NCBI GenBank assembly: GCA_963674825.1
Contig: OY771587.1
Location: forward strand, 3,808,001-3,872,000
Direction: 5' to 3'
Length of the DNA: 64,000 nt
DNA from: Candidatus Cloacimonadales bacterium
GTDB taxonomy: Bacteria > Cloacimonadota > Cloacimonadia > Cloacimonadales > JAIOQZ01
The notes beneath the pieces are model-generated. The model saw only the letters and a program-made list of their open reading frames with translations. It searched no databases and was not told where the DNA came from. This document shows positions 30,837-39,570 of this stretch, piece by piece. Positions within the stretch are counted from its first letter, which is position 1. Every line of letters begins with the position of its first letter. The translations under genes were made by a program, and so were the position numbers.

Positions 30837-31154
30837 ATGTGGTTGTTAATCAAACTGGTCATGCCCATCATCGTGCTCGGAGTTGTTCTCAGATTTGTGG
30901 TTGGTAAAGCATCCCTCCCAAGCTTCGGCGAACTCGCATTGAAGGTTCTGATAACTTCAGTGATCGCGCTACTCGCAGGTGGTTTCGCAGGGGCTATCAA
31001 TATCATCCTGGGCATCATCGTCAGCTTCATCATCTATACTGCGATACTTGCGTTCTGGCTGGGCCTCGATTTCAAGCAGACAGCGTTGTGCGTGGCCATT
31101 CAGCAGGTCGTGCTACTGGCAATCCGCTTCACCTTCGGCGGAATGTACGCGTGA
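30837..31154 (+). CDS. Small hypothetical membrane protein
   Basis: AGGAG RBS; hydrophobic helices; its 3' end is duplicated at 32965. Confidence 0.7.
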   Translation: MWLLIKLVMPIIVLGVVLRFVVGKASLPSFGELALKVLITSVIALLAGGFAGAINIILGIIVSFIIYTAILAFWLGLDFKQTALCVAIQQVVLLAIRFTFGGMYA

Positions 31155-31156
31155 AT
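31099..31156 (+). repeat. Left 58-bp direct repeat flanking the R-M module
   Basis: 56 of 58 bases identical to 32965-33022. Confidence 0.95.
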
Positions 31157-31286
31157 TACAGCCTCACAATCTTACCTATCTTCTTGTTCGCATCGAATCG
31201 CACCGGTACGGTGATCCAGATATCTGAAAATTATCATTGACAAGCAGGCAAAGCCGTTTCTGGGTGAATAAAAAGAGAAGGAAACC

Positions 31287-32195
31287 ATGACAGCCATTAC
31301 TGATTTCAATTATCTCCATGCAGATACTAAATATGAACATGAAGTTATAGCAAATGTTCTTCAAGGCGATTGCAAACAAGTTTTACAAGGACTTTCTGAT
31401 GATTCAATCGATTTAATTGTTACCTCCCCGCCTTATGCAGATCAAAGAAAGAACACATACGGAGGAATCCATCCAGATCATTACGTAGATTGGTTTCTTC
31501 CAATTTCAGAACAATTACTGAGAGTCTTGAAGCCGTCAGGTACGTTTGTGTTAAATATAAAAGAAAAAGTCGTCAATGGTGAGCGTAGCACATATGTCAT
31601 GGAATTGATTATTGAAATGAGAAAACAAGGTTGGCTTTGGACAGAAGAATTTATTTGGCACAAAAAAAACTGTTATCCCGGGAAATGGCCCAATCGGTTC
31701 AGAGACGCATGGGAAAGGCTTCTTCAATTCAATAAGAATCGGAAATTTAACATGTATCAAGATGAAGTCATGGTACCTATGGGTGACTGGGCAAACTCAC
31801 GCTTGAAAAACCTATCTGACACCGATAAAACCCGCGATGATTCAAAGGTGGGAAGTGGTTTTGGGAAAAATATATCCAATTGGTTAAAGAGAGACAAAGC
31901 ATATCCGACAAATGTCTTACATCTCGCGACCGAATGTAGCAATAAAAACCACAGTGCAGCATTTCCTGAAGGGCTTCCTGAATGGTTCATCAAGCTGTTT
32001 ACAAAAGAGTATGACAATGTACTAGATCCGTTTATGGGATCAGGTACTACTTTGACAGTCGCCAACAGAATGGGGCGGAATTCAATTGGTATTGATATCG
32101 TGCCAGAGTATTGTGAGATGGTTCGTAAACGACTTATTCCTATGCAATTACGCCTTTTCGAAAAAGGAGCAGAATATGAATCAACTGAATCTTGA
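31287..32195 (+). CDS. Type II DNA methyltransferase, beta class (N4-C/N6-A)
   Basis: The TSPPYA motif IV precedes the DPFMGSGT motif I; AT-rich. Confidence 0.93.
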   Translation: MTAITDFNYLHADTKYEHEVIANVLQGDCKQVLQGLSDDSIDLIVTSPPYADQRKNTYGGIHPDHYVDWFLPISEQLLRVLKPSGTFVLNIKEKVVNGERSTYVMELIIEMRKQGWLWTEEFIWHKKNCYPGKWPNRFRDAWERLLQFNKNRKFNMYQDEVMVPMGDWANSRLKNLSDTDKTRDDSKVGSGFGKNISNWLKRDKAYPTNVLHLATECSNKNHSAAFPEGLPEWFIKLFTKEYDNVLDPFMGSGTTLTVANRMGRNSIGIDIVPEYCEMVRKRLIPMQLRLFEKGAEYESTES

Positions 32196-32913
32196 TGACA
32201 TACGAAAATATGTTGAAGACAACATCTATGACTTTCATGAAAGACGATTAAAAAGCCTCAATGAGCTTAAGCTTAAGAAAATACTGAAACGTAAGAATCC
32301 CTATCTTTTTAAAGCTAAAAACATGATGACAGCTGAGCAGATCATCAAGAGCTTCGTAGATGCGCACCTATCATCGAATGAAGAAACAATATTTGGAGAT
32401 TGGCTCGAAAAGCTAGCAGTCTTTATCAACGGTAAAGTATATAATGGGCGTAAGTCAAGCACAACAGGCATGGATCTTGAATTTGAGAGAGATGGAATCC
32501 GATACATTGTCAACATTAAATCAGGACCGAATTGGTGCAACTCCTCACAGAAAAACAAGATGATAGACGAGTTCAAGAAAGCCGCCCGAACTCTACGAAC
32601 TAGTCAATCGAACATCCATGTTGTCGCCGTGAATGGATGCTGTTACGGCATAGACAATAAGCCAGATAAAGGTGATTATTATAAATTTTGTGGACAACGC
32701 TTCTGGGAATTCATCTCTGGTAATCGTGAGCTGTACACGGATATTATCGAACCGCTTGGGCACCAGGCTAAAGAAAAAAACGACGAGTTCTTCAAGAAGT
32801 ATAATCAGAAAATAAACCAATTCACACAGGATTTTCTACAAGACTTCTGTATCGATGGTGAGATTAACTGGGAAGCCTTAGTTCGTTTCAATTCATCGAA
32901 TGATATAGTTTAA
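32176..32913 (+). CDS. Type II restriction endonuclease (PmeII-like family)
   Basis: Overlaps the MTase gene; KRKNPYL, EETIFG, GMDLEF...IKSGPNW.NSSQ PD-(D/E)xK-like core, GQRFW. Confidence 0.8.
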   Translation: MNQLNLDDIRKYVEDNIYDFHERRLKSLNELKLKKILKRKNPYLFKAKNMMTAEQIIKSFVDAHLSSNEETIFGDWLEKLAVFINGKVYNGRKSSTTGMDLEFERDGIRYIVNIKSGPNWCNSSQKNKMIDEFKKAARTLRTSQSNIHVVAVNGCCYGIDNKPDKGDYYKFCGQRFWEFISGNRELYTDIIEPLGHQAKEKNDEFFKKYNQKINQFTQDFLQDFCIDGEINWEALVRFNSSNDIV

Positions 32914-32964
32914 AATTAGCGATACGGCATTTGCTGGCTCCTTTTCATACATATCGACACGTTT

Positions 32965-33022
32965 TTCAGCAGGTCGTGCTACTGGCAATCCGCTTCACCT
33001 TTGGTGGAATGTACGCGTGAAT
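32965..33022 (+). repeat. Right 58-bp direct repeat flanking the R-M module
   Basis: Copy of 31099-31156 with two C>T changes. Confidence 0.95.
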
Positions 33023-33549
33023 CAATCGACGATGCCGGGATTATGTTTCCAAAGCACTTCGTTCTTTTTCATCTCCACCAGTTCCTTGCGCCTTTCCTCA
33101 ATCAATTCTCGCAGTTCTCTTTTACTGAACTTGGTAGAGTTTTCTGATCCCAATGAACGGTCGTCTCCAGAACTCGTATCGGGATTAAACGTAAATGGAA
33201 GCGTCACCCATATCGTTACGGGTTTTTCATCCAGGAATGCAGGAATGAACTGCCATTCCTTTGCCGCCTCTACCGCAGCCTCATCGCATCCACCCGGCCC
33301 TTGCTGTAACGATTTCAATATGGACACTTCTCCAACTAATCCGTTCTCGAGGACTTCCACACGAAGCACCACATCCCCCGTTATACCCTCTTCTCGTGCT
33401 GATTCAGGATATCCCATGCCAATTTGATATACTGGATAGGGAGGTTCGTCCCAACTTCTCGTATTTGACTCATGCAACTCTTCATGCACTGGTAAAGCAA
33501 TATTCCCCAAGGGAATCTACATGAGCATAGCAATGACAATCAACCTCAT
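33022..33549 (-). pseudogene. TonB C-terminal-domain protein with in-frame TAG in its signal peptide
   Basis: RBS + ATG at 33549 gives MRLIVIAMLM*IPLGN..., continuing in frame into the YPESAREEGITG.V...W.F.PA TonB_C domain. Confidence 0.7.
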
Positions 33550-33617
33550 CGTTTCCTCTATATTCTCCGTTCTATCGTACGTTTTTCGCTTGGGCAAAAC
33601 CTAGCGCGATACTATTT

Positions 33618-34661
33618 TCAGATCCCGCCGTAGCTATGGGACCGCTCGACGACCTTCGGCAGGTACTGGCGCGTCTCACGTGCCGGAAGATGCTGGATCA
33701 GATAGGAAAGGAAATCGCCCGGCTGCATGGCGTTGACCTTCGCCACAAATCCCGCGCTCTTGCCACGGCTTCCATCCACAGCCTTGAAGACGTTACCCGC
33801 TCCTCCGTTATATCCCGCAATCATGCAGTAATAGCGACTATGTATGGTGCTCACTTCGCTGAAATAGCATTCCTCAAGATGTTTGAAATAGCCCACGCCC
33901 ATCTCGATATTGCGCCGGGAATCGAAGAGTTCCTCCGCAGTGGGTTTGCGATCGTGGCCGTAGAGCTGCTTGTTCATGGCGAGTCCGGCATAACGCGGAA
34001 CGATCTGCATCAGGCCGCACGCTCCGCTGGTACGATTGAATGCGCGCGGATTGAACGTCGATTCGGTCTGGATCACGGCAAGGATCACAGCAGGTGCGAT
34101 ACCGTTCTTTTCGCAGATCTCGCGAACCATGGGCAGATATCGATTTATACGTATCTTGAGATGATCGGGGGTCATGTCCAGTGTGACAGTGTATTTAAGC
34201 TTCTTCGAGCCATCCGGTAATGTTAGTTCTTCAGCTTTCGGCGCATTACCGACCATTGCGCCTTCCTCGAGTTGCCCCTCCATGATCGGCTCGCCGTCTG
34301 CGTCTTTCTGCTCTACGATGTGCTGAAGCTGATCATCGAGCTGCTTCTTCGCTTCGTCTTCCGGATTCTTATCTCCCGGATCAACCAGCGTGGAAATGGT
34401 GATCTTGCCATCCTCGAAATCAACCGAGCTACGGGTGCGATCGTTATCACCGTATTCGACCCACGTCGTGGGCGTAGATTCTTTGAATTCGTTCCAGAGC
34501 TTTTCGATGCGATTGCGGTAGGCGTTGAATTGATCGTCTGTCTGCTTCTGATGGGCTTCGAAGGCTGCTTTCTGCTGTGCGTCCCATTGCTCAAAATCCT
34601 GAGCAAAAAGAGAAAGCGCCGCCACACAAAGTATGACGGCGCTGAAAATTCTATTGAACAT
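33618..34661 (-). CDS. Lytic transglycosylase (MltC-like)
   Basis: Signal peptide, RSSVDFE.G domain, ES.FNP, GLMQI, YNGG.G and ETRQY. Confidence 0.88.
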   Translation of the reverse strand: MFNRIFSAVILCVAALSLFAQDFEQWDAQQKAAFEAHQKQTDDQFNAYRNRIEKLWNEFKESTPTTWVEYGDNDRTRSSVDFEDGKITISTLVDPGDKNPEDEAKKQLDDQLQHIVEQKDADGEPIMEGQLEEGAMVGNAPKAEELTLPDGSKKLKYTVTLDMTPDHLKIRINRYLPMVREICEKNGIAPAVILAVIQTESTFNPRAFNRTSGACGLMQIVPRYAGLAMNKQLYGHDRKPTAEELFDSRRNIEMGVGYFKHLEECYFSEVSTIHSRYYCMIAGYNGGAGNVFKAVDGSRGKSAGFVAKVNAMQPGDFLSYLIQHLPARETRQYLPKVVERSHSYGGI

Positions 34662-34668
34662 GAAACCC

Positions 34669-35970
34669 TTACTCGTCTTCCTGGTTCTGGATCAGCATTT
34701 TGACCGGCTCGAGTCCATACGCCGAGCCTTCTTCGATCGCCTTGAGAATGGTTCCGCCACCGGTGAAGAAGTAGTAGTTGTCATCATGCACTGTTTTCGA
34801 GAAGATATTCGGCACCAGATTCTTGAATTCCTGGATGGTGTCGCCCCCACCGAACAGCTTGAGCGCGTCTTTGTTCTGATCGATCAACGAATACATCGCG
34901 TGCGATCCTTCCCAGAAATTTGGGGTGAATCCCATCACGGCGTTGGTGAAGATCGTCTTGGCTCCGAGGATCGCGTCGCGAAGCTTGCCTTCTTCGAATG
35001 AAGCAGGATCCGCGTCCAGCACGAATTTCAGTTTCATGCCAGGTTTCAGCTCGTCGATGCGAATGCTGCGGTACTTGCCCTCGGTTTTCGATTCCAGTTC
35101 GTCCGATTCCACAATAACAGCAGGCTCGATCAGCTTGCCTGGATTCAGGTCTGCGATATGAATAAACTGCTTGGCGGCTTCGATATCGTCATCACCGATT
35201 CCCTCGATGCTGATACCGTACCGGGCACAGAGATACGCATTGTATAAAACGCCACCGATCACCAAGTGATCTGCCTTTTCCAATAGTGCGCGAAGCGGTC
35301 CGATCTTGGTATCGAACTTCGATCCGGCCACGACACCCAGGAACGGCCGATTGGGCGAGAAGATGTTATAGAGCTTATCGATCTCTTTCTGCATAAGCAT
35401 TCCAGCGAATGATGGCAGATATTTTGCCGGACCGACTGTCGTTACATGCGGCTGCCAGGAACCGAACGCGTCATTGACGAACACGTCCGCGATGCCTGCA
35501 AGCTGCCGTGCGAGATCTTCAGCGACAACACCCTTGGCTTCTTCGCCGGCAAACCAGCGCGTGTTGGGCAGGTAAATGCCATCGATTTCATGATTTCTGA
35601 GCTTGTTCAGCATAATGTTGAATGATGTATCGATTCCCTGAAGGCCCTTGTTACCGTCCTGAATGAGTTCCGGTACCTCAAATTCGAGTCCGAGCTTCCG
35701 TTTCAGGTAATCGACGATGGGCTGAACGGAGTCGTTGACCGAGATGTTGATCTCACCGGTCTTCTTATCGCGCGGACGCCCGATGTGGGTCATGAGAATC
35801 AGATGGCCGCCTGCTCGCAAGATGCGGCAAATGGTCGGGAAAGTCTCGTCGATACGGGTGGTATCCTTGATCTTGCCCTTTTTCACAACGTTGTGGTCAA
35901 CGCGCATGAGCACGATCTTGCCGTTGAGATCGGCATCTTGTATTTTCGGTAGATTGTGGATCAATTTCAT
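34669..35970 (-). CDS. pgk: Phosphoglycerate kinase (divergent)
   Basis: RVDHNV, HIGRP, FVNDAFG and GGGDT motifs; several canonical motifs are altered. Confidence 0.8.
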   Translation of the reverse strand: MKLIHNLPKIQDADLNGKIVLMRVDHNVVKKGKIKDTTRIDETFPTICRILRAGGHLILMTHIGRPRDKKTGEINISVNDSVQPIVDYLKRKLGLEFEVPELIQDGNKGLQGIDTSFNIMLNKLRNHEIDGIYLPNTRWFAGEEAKGVVAEDLARQLAGIADVFVNDAFGSWQPHVTTVGPAKYLPSFAGMLMQKEIDKLYNIFSPNRPFLGVVAGSKFDTKIGPLRALLEKADHLVIGGVLYNAYLCARYGISIEGIGDDDIEAAKQFIHIADLNPGKLIEPAVIVESDELESKTEGKYRSIRIDELKPGMKLKFVLDADPASFEEGKLRDAILGAKTIFTNAVMGFTPNFWEGSHAMYSLIDQNKDALKLFGGGDTIQEFKNLVPNIFSKTVHDDNYYFFTGGGTILKAIEEGSAYGLEPVKMLIQNQEDE

Positions 35971-36081
35971 TATCACCTCCGTGATCTTAGTGTCTTTGTT
36001 AAATTACAGCAGGCTAACCAGTTTGTAAAGGAAAATTGTGGATGAATTCAGACCGTGGCCTTGAATGCAGCTGAAGACAAT

Positions 36082-36112
36082 AAAAAAAGATGCCGGATAT
36101 TACGCCGGCATC
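36082..36112 (-). terminator. Rho-independent terminator
   Basis: AGATGCCGG/CCGGCATCT stem with an A7 tract on the + strand. Confidence 0.7.
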
Positions 36113-36141
36113 TCGTTGATTATTCTCACACAAATCGGTTA

Positions 36142-36963
36142 TTAAAAGAAACCGCCTTCGAAGTTTAGCATGATCGAAAATCCAGAGAGATCCTCATCCT
36201 TCACATCGACCAGTTTCGTATCGAATTCTACTCCGTTGATGTAACGATAGGATGCTCCGATGCCGCATTTGAAGTATTTAGCCACGTTAACCATGACGTT
36301 CACGCCCGGCTCCAATACAAAGAAGGCATCGCTATCGATGTGGCGGTCTTCATCTTCGTCATCATCGTCGTCCCAGTCATCGTTCGGATCTTTGTACATA
36401 AGGCTTGCTCCACCAGCGCCGATCAATGTCGTCACGGAGAAGTTGATCAGATCCTTTGGATTGAAGCGATACTCGAGGTCGAGGCCACCATAGCCCATAT
36501 AGAGTTGAATGGTCGAATCCGGAATCGCGTGTTCACGGACGACATGGTTTGTTACCATACCATAGCCTGCGAGGCCGATTACGAACTTGTGATCGATGAT
36601 GTATCCCATGCGACCACCGACCAGCAATTCATATTCTTCATCCATGTAGGTACCTTTAACTACCGGTCCACCGAATCCACCATGGGCGATCTTGCCGGAA
36701 AGCAGGGTTTCCTGATTCAATACGTAGCGCGATGGAGCGCTTTTCTTACGTTTCTGCTCGAGACGTTCCCGAACATTCTCTCTCTCTTCATCGTCGCTGA
36801 CTTCGATATCTTCAACCGTCGCTTCGTCGAGTTCGGCTTCAGCCTCATCCGCAAAGCGCACATAGTCTGTCTTTTCCACCTGGTCTGTGCTTTCTGCAGT
36901 ATCCTGTGCGAAAAACGGCATTGCGATCATCATTATTGCGAGTAACGTGATGATTCTTTTCAT
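36142..36963 (-). CDS. Outer-membrane beta-barrel-like protein
   Basis: Signal peptide, amphipathic strands, GGFGGP and YGGL motifs, C-terminal Phe. Confidence 0.7.
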   Translation of the reverse strand: MKRIITLLAIMMIAMPFFAQDTAESTDQVEKTDYVRFADEAEAELDEATVEDIEVSDDEERENVRERLEQKRKKSAPSRYVLNQETLLSGKIAHGGFGGPVVKGTYMDEEYELLVGGRMGYIIDHKFVIGLAGYGMVTNHVVREHAIPDSTIQLYMGYGGLDLEYRFNPKDLINFSVTTLIGAGGASLMYKDPNDDWDDDDDEDEDRHIDSDAFFVLEPGVNVMVNVAKYFKCGIGASYRYINGVEFDTKLVDVKDEDLSGFSIMLNFEGGFF

Positions 36964-37068
36964 ATTTCCTCCATAGCAAGGTATAGCATTTGTTTCTTCA
37001 GCGAACCATTCATGAATTTATTATTCGCTTTTGGGTTAATCAGATACGTTTTTCCGTTATTCATAACA

Positions 37069-37683
37069 TTATCCGATATATTCGTTCAATCCAAAGTGAT
37101 GATATTGTATGTAGCCTTCGAGAAGCAACCGCGCATCTTCCGCGTCACGGTAGTTCTTGGCGATCGAGACAAGCGCGTTAATGAAGTTGTCGTAGATCAC
37201 CCGAATCAGAAATTTCTTTTGTGGTGTAAGTTGAGTGTCCTGTTTGCTATCGAGTGAATCGATGTATTGATAGGTGAGGTTTTCCAGAAGTGACACGATT
37301 TCGTCCTTGACGCCCTCGTAGATCGTCCCTTCCGCTTTGCTCATGATTACCAGGAAATGAAGCCGGTAATCAACAAGAAACTGATTATATTCCTTCGCCA
37401 TCGTATTGAATGAATCCGCGGTTCGTGATTCAATGAAATCCATACCGCGCAGCGCTTCTTTTCTCTTTGTGAGGAAAGATTTTAGCCTCGTTACCAGTGC
37501 CGGCGTGATAATCGAGTAAAACAGGTCCTCTTTATTCATATAATAGCGGTAGATATTCCCCACCGATATCCCGGCGGCTTTTGCTATATGCGCCATTGTG
37601 GTGCCCTTGAAACCATTCTCGGCAAACTGTTTGAGTGCCGTCTCGCATATTTGCGTTCTTATCTCTTCCTTTTTGGTCTGCAT
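37069..37683 (-). CDS. TetR/AcrR-family regulator
   Basis: GF..TTM..IA..AGIS.GNIYRYY.NKEDL HTH. Confidence 0.93.
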   Translation of the reverse strand: MQTKKEEIRTQICETALKQFAENGFKGTTMAHIAKAAGISVGNIYRYYMNKEDLFYSIITPALVTRLKSFLTKRKEALRGMDFIESRTADSFNTMAKEYNQFLVDYRLHFLVIMSKAEGTIYEGVKDEIVSLLENLTYQYIDSLDSKQDTQLTPQKKFLIRVIYDNFINALVSIAKNYRDAEDARLLLEGYIQYHHFGLNEYIG

Positions 37684-37711
37684 GAGCGATCCTTCCTTTT
37701 TCGTTCGCTTT

Positions 37712-37732
37712 TAATGAATCACAAGTTCATTA
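37712..37732. promoter_or_regulatory. Probable TetR operator
   Basis: TAATGAA-N7-TTCATTA palindrome upstream of tetR; a similar ATGAA-N7-TTCGC lies at 37012-37028 upstream of the barrel gene. Confidence 0.5.
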
Positions 37733-37805
37733 TTGTGGTGCTCGCAAATCTTGTCAAACTTTTTTATTCTTTGCGGTGATATTTTTCTGTATGAGGATGG
37801 AAGAG

Positions 37806-38795
37806 TTACATGCGGGGATCGTTCAAGCTGAGGATGAACCGATCGACAAGCCCGAAAACAAATGAGCCCTTGTCATTTTCCTCTCGCAGAATTTTGAGCG
37901 CTTCACAGGGAGGCATTGCCCGGCGGTATGGCCGTTCATTGTTTGTCAGAGCTTCGTAGATATCCATAATACTCACTAGCTGAGCAACCAGTGAGACGTC
38001 CTTGATCCGTTTCGGATATCCATTACCGTTAACCTTCTCATGGTGCTCGGCTGCGGCGCAAAGAACCTTGTCATCACGGATGCCATTATGGATGAGGATT
38101 TCAGCGCCGAAAGTCGGGTGACTTTTCATGATACGAAATTCTTCGGCACTCAATTTATTTGGCGATGTCAGGATTTCAACAGGAATATGCGTCTTCCCCA
38201 CGTCATGAAGCAAAGCGGCCATGGAGAACTGGATGGTTTTCTGCCAGTTGAAGCCAACAAATTTGCAAAATCCCAGCATAAGCGCCATCACGTTCACCGA
38301 GTGGACTGCTGTCGTGTAATCCGTTGACGTAATTGATGCCATCTGGCTGAGGATATCGTCTTTCCTGGAAAACGACTTCAGCACGATGGCAATTGATCTC
38401 GACGCTTCTTTGTAGGTTCCGCTGCGCGGTTCCTGTAAGAGTTCGTCCGTAACACTGACCATACTATCGCGGATCAGCTTCAGATCACCTTTTTCCAGAT
38501 CTTCCCGCAGGCGCTCATTCAGCTTCTTTTGCGTCTCGATCGCTGCATCCTGACGGTCTCGAGCCAATACGTACAATCTTGGCAATCGATCTTCCTCGAC
38601 GCGCATATCGCTGATCGTCATATCGGCAGGCTTGTAGATTTCCCATTCCGTATCGCTGGTTTTATAATATAGTGGTACTTTTTGGAGGATACGGGCCTTT
38701 TGGGGTGATACTTTTACAAACGCCTTCCTCTTCTGTTCTACAATAAAATCTTGCAATTCTTTGGAATAATCAGGACTCGAATTATAATCAGGCAT
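37806..38795 (-). CDS. HD-GYP domain phosphodiesterase
   Basis: HSVNV, LLHDVGK, HHEKVNGNGYP and D.YEALT..RPYR. Confidence 0.9.
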   Translation of the reverse strand: MPDYNSSPDYSKELQDFIVEQKRKAFVKVSPQKARILQKVPLYYKTSDTEWEIYKPADMTISDMRVEEDRLPRLYVLARDRQDAAIETQKKLNERLREDLEKGDLKLIRDSMVSVTDELLQEPRSGTYKEASRSIAIVLKSFSRKDDILSQMASITSTDYTTAVHSVNVMALMLGFCKFVGFNWQKTIQFSMAALLHDVGKTHIPVEILTSPNKLSAEEFRIMKSHPTFGAEILIHNGIRDDKVLCAAAEHHEKVNGNGYPKRIKDVSLVAQLVSIMDIYEALTNNERPYRRAMPPCEALKILREENDKGSFVFGLVDRFILSLNDPRM

Positions 38796-38952
38796 TAACC
38801 ATCTCCAAACAAACAATAATAATAATGTAATCTTTGCCCCGCTCGTGGCAACATAGAAATGTGTAAAACATCAATTTACTTCAAAATTCCCGTCAGACGA
38901 AATGTTCTTTACACGGAATCCCCCAGTTGTCAATATTCGATTCGGAGGATTG

Positions 38953-39570
38953 ATGAGCAATCGAGAAGAATTCTGTTGGGAAACCATCGGTGTCCGTGGC
39001 GATCGTAGTTGCCATAAGCTGGAAGAAGTTATCCATTGCAGGTTCTGCGACACGTTTCGCCGTAACAGCACCGCGCAGCTCAGCAGCGAGTCACTGGAGG
39101 ATTACCTCATCTCGATGTACGAGCGGATGAGCGAAGAAAGCAGCAGTGACGGAAAGGGCACCGCATTAGTTGTCGTCATGCTTGAAAAGAAACTCTTCGG
39201 GATCATGGTTGACAACATTGACCGCATCATCAAGAACCAGCGCATCTATCGCGTACCTGGAAGATCGAACAACAGATTTCTCGGGTTGGTCAACATCGCG
39301 GGATCGCTCCAACCATGCTTTTCACTCCATGCGATCCTGGACATCTGCTCCGAGAATGACACGCCGGTATTCATCAATCTTATTCACAATGAGCAAACCT
39401 GGATCTATCCTGTCAACGAGGTCGTGGGAATCTATCGTTTCGAGGATGACAGCTTTGTGCCGGATGCAGATCGGAAGCTCTTTTATGGAGCGACAACGCA
39501 TAATCAGCAGCCATTGGTACGGCTCGATATCGCCGAATTGGTTCGTGCTTCGGAGGAGAGTCTCCTATGA
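38953..39570 (+). CDS. CheW-like adaptor (WspD-like)
   Basis: N-terminal CW..IGV.GD.SC..L...HC..C as in WspD; GLVNI.G. Confidence 0.85.
   Translation: MSNREEFCWETIGVRGDRSCHKLEEVIHCRFCDTFRRNSTAQLSSESLEDYLISMYERMSEESSSDGKGTALVVVMLEKKLFGIMVDNIDRIIKNQRIYRVPGRSNNRFLGLVNIAGSLQPCFSLHAILDICSENDTPVFINLIHNEQTWIYPVNEVVGIYRFEDDSFVPDADRKLFYGATTHNQQPLVRLDIAELVRASEESLL

Noticed and set aside
33517..33519. Pyrrolysine recoding
   Set aside because: The TAG lies in a signal peptide, no pyl genes are visible, and TAG is used as a normal stop elsewhere in the window.
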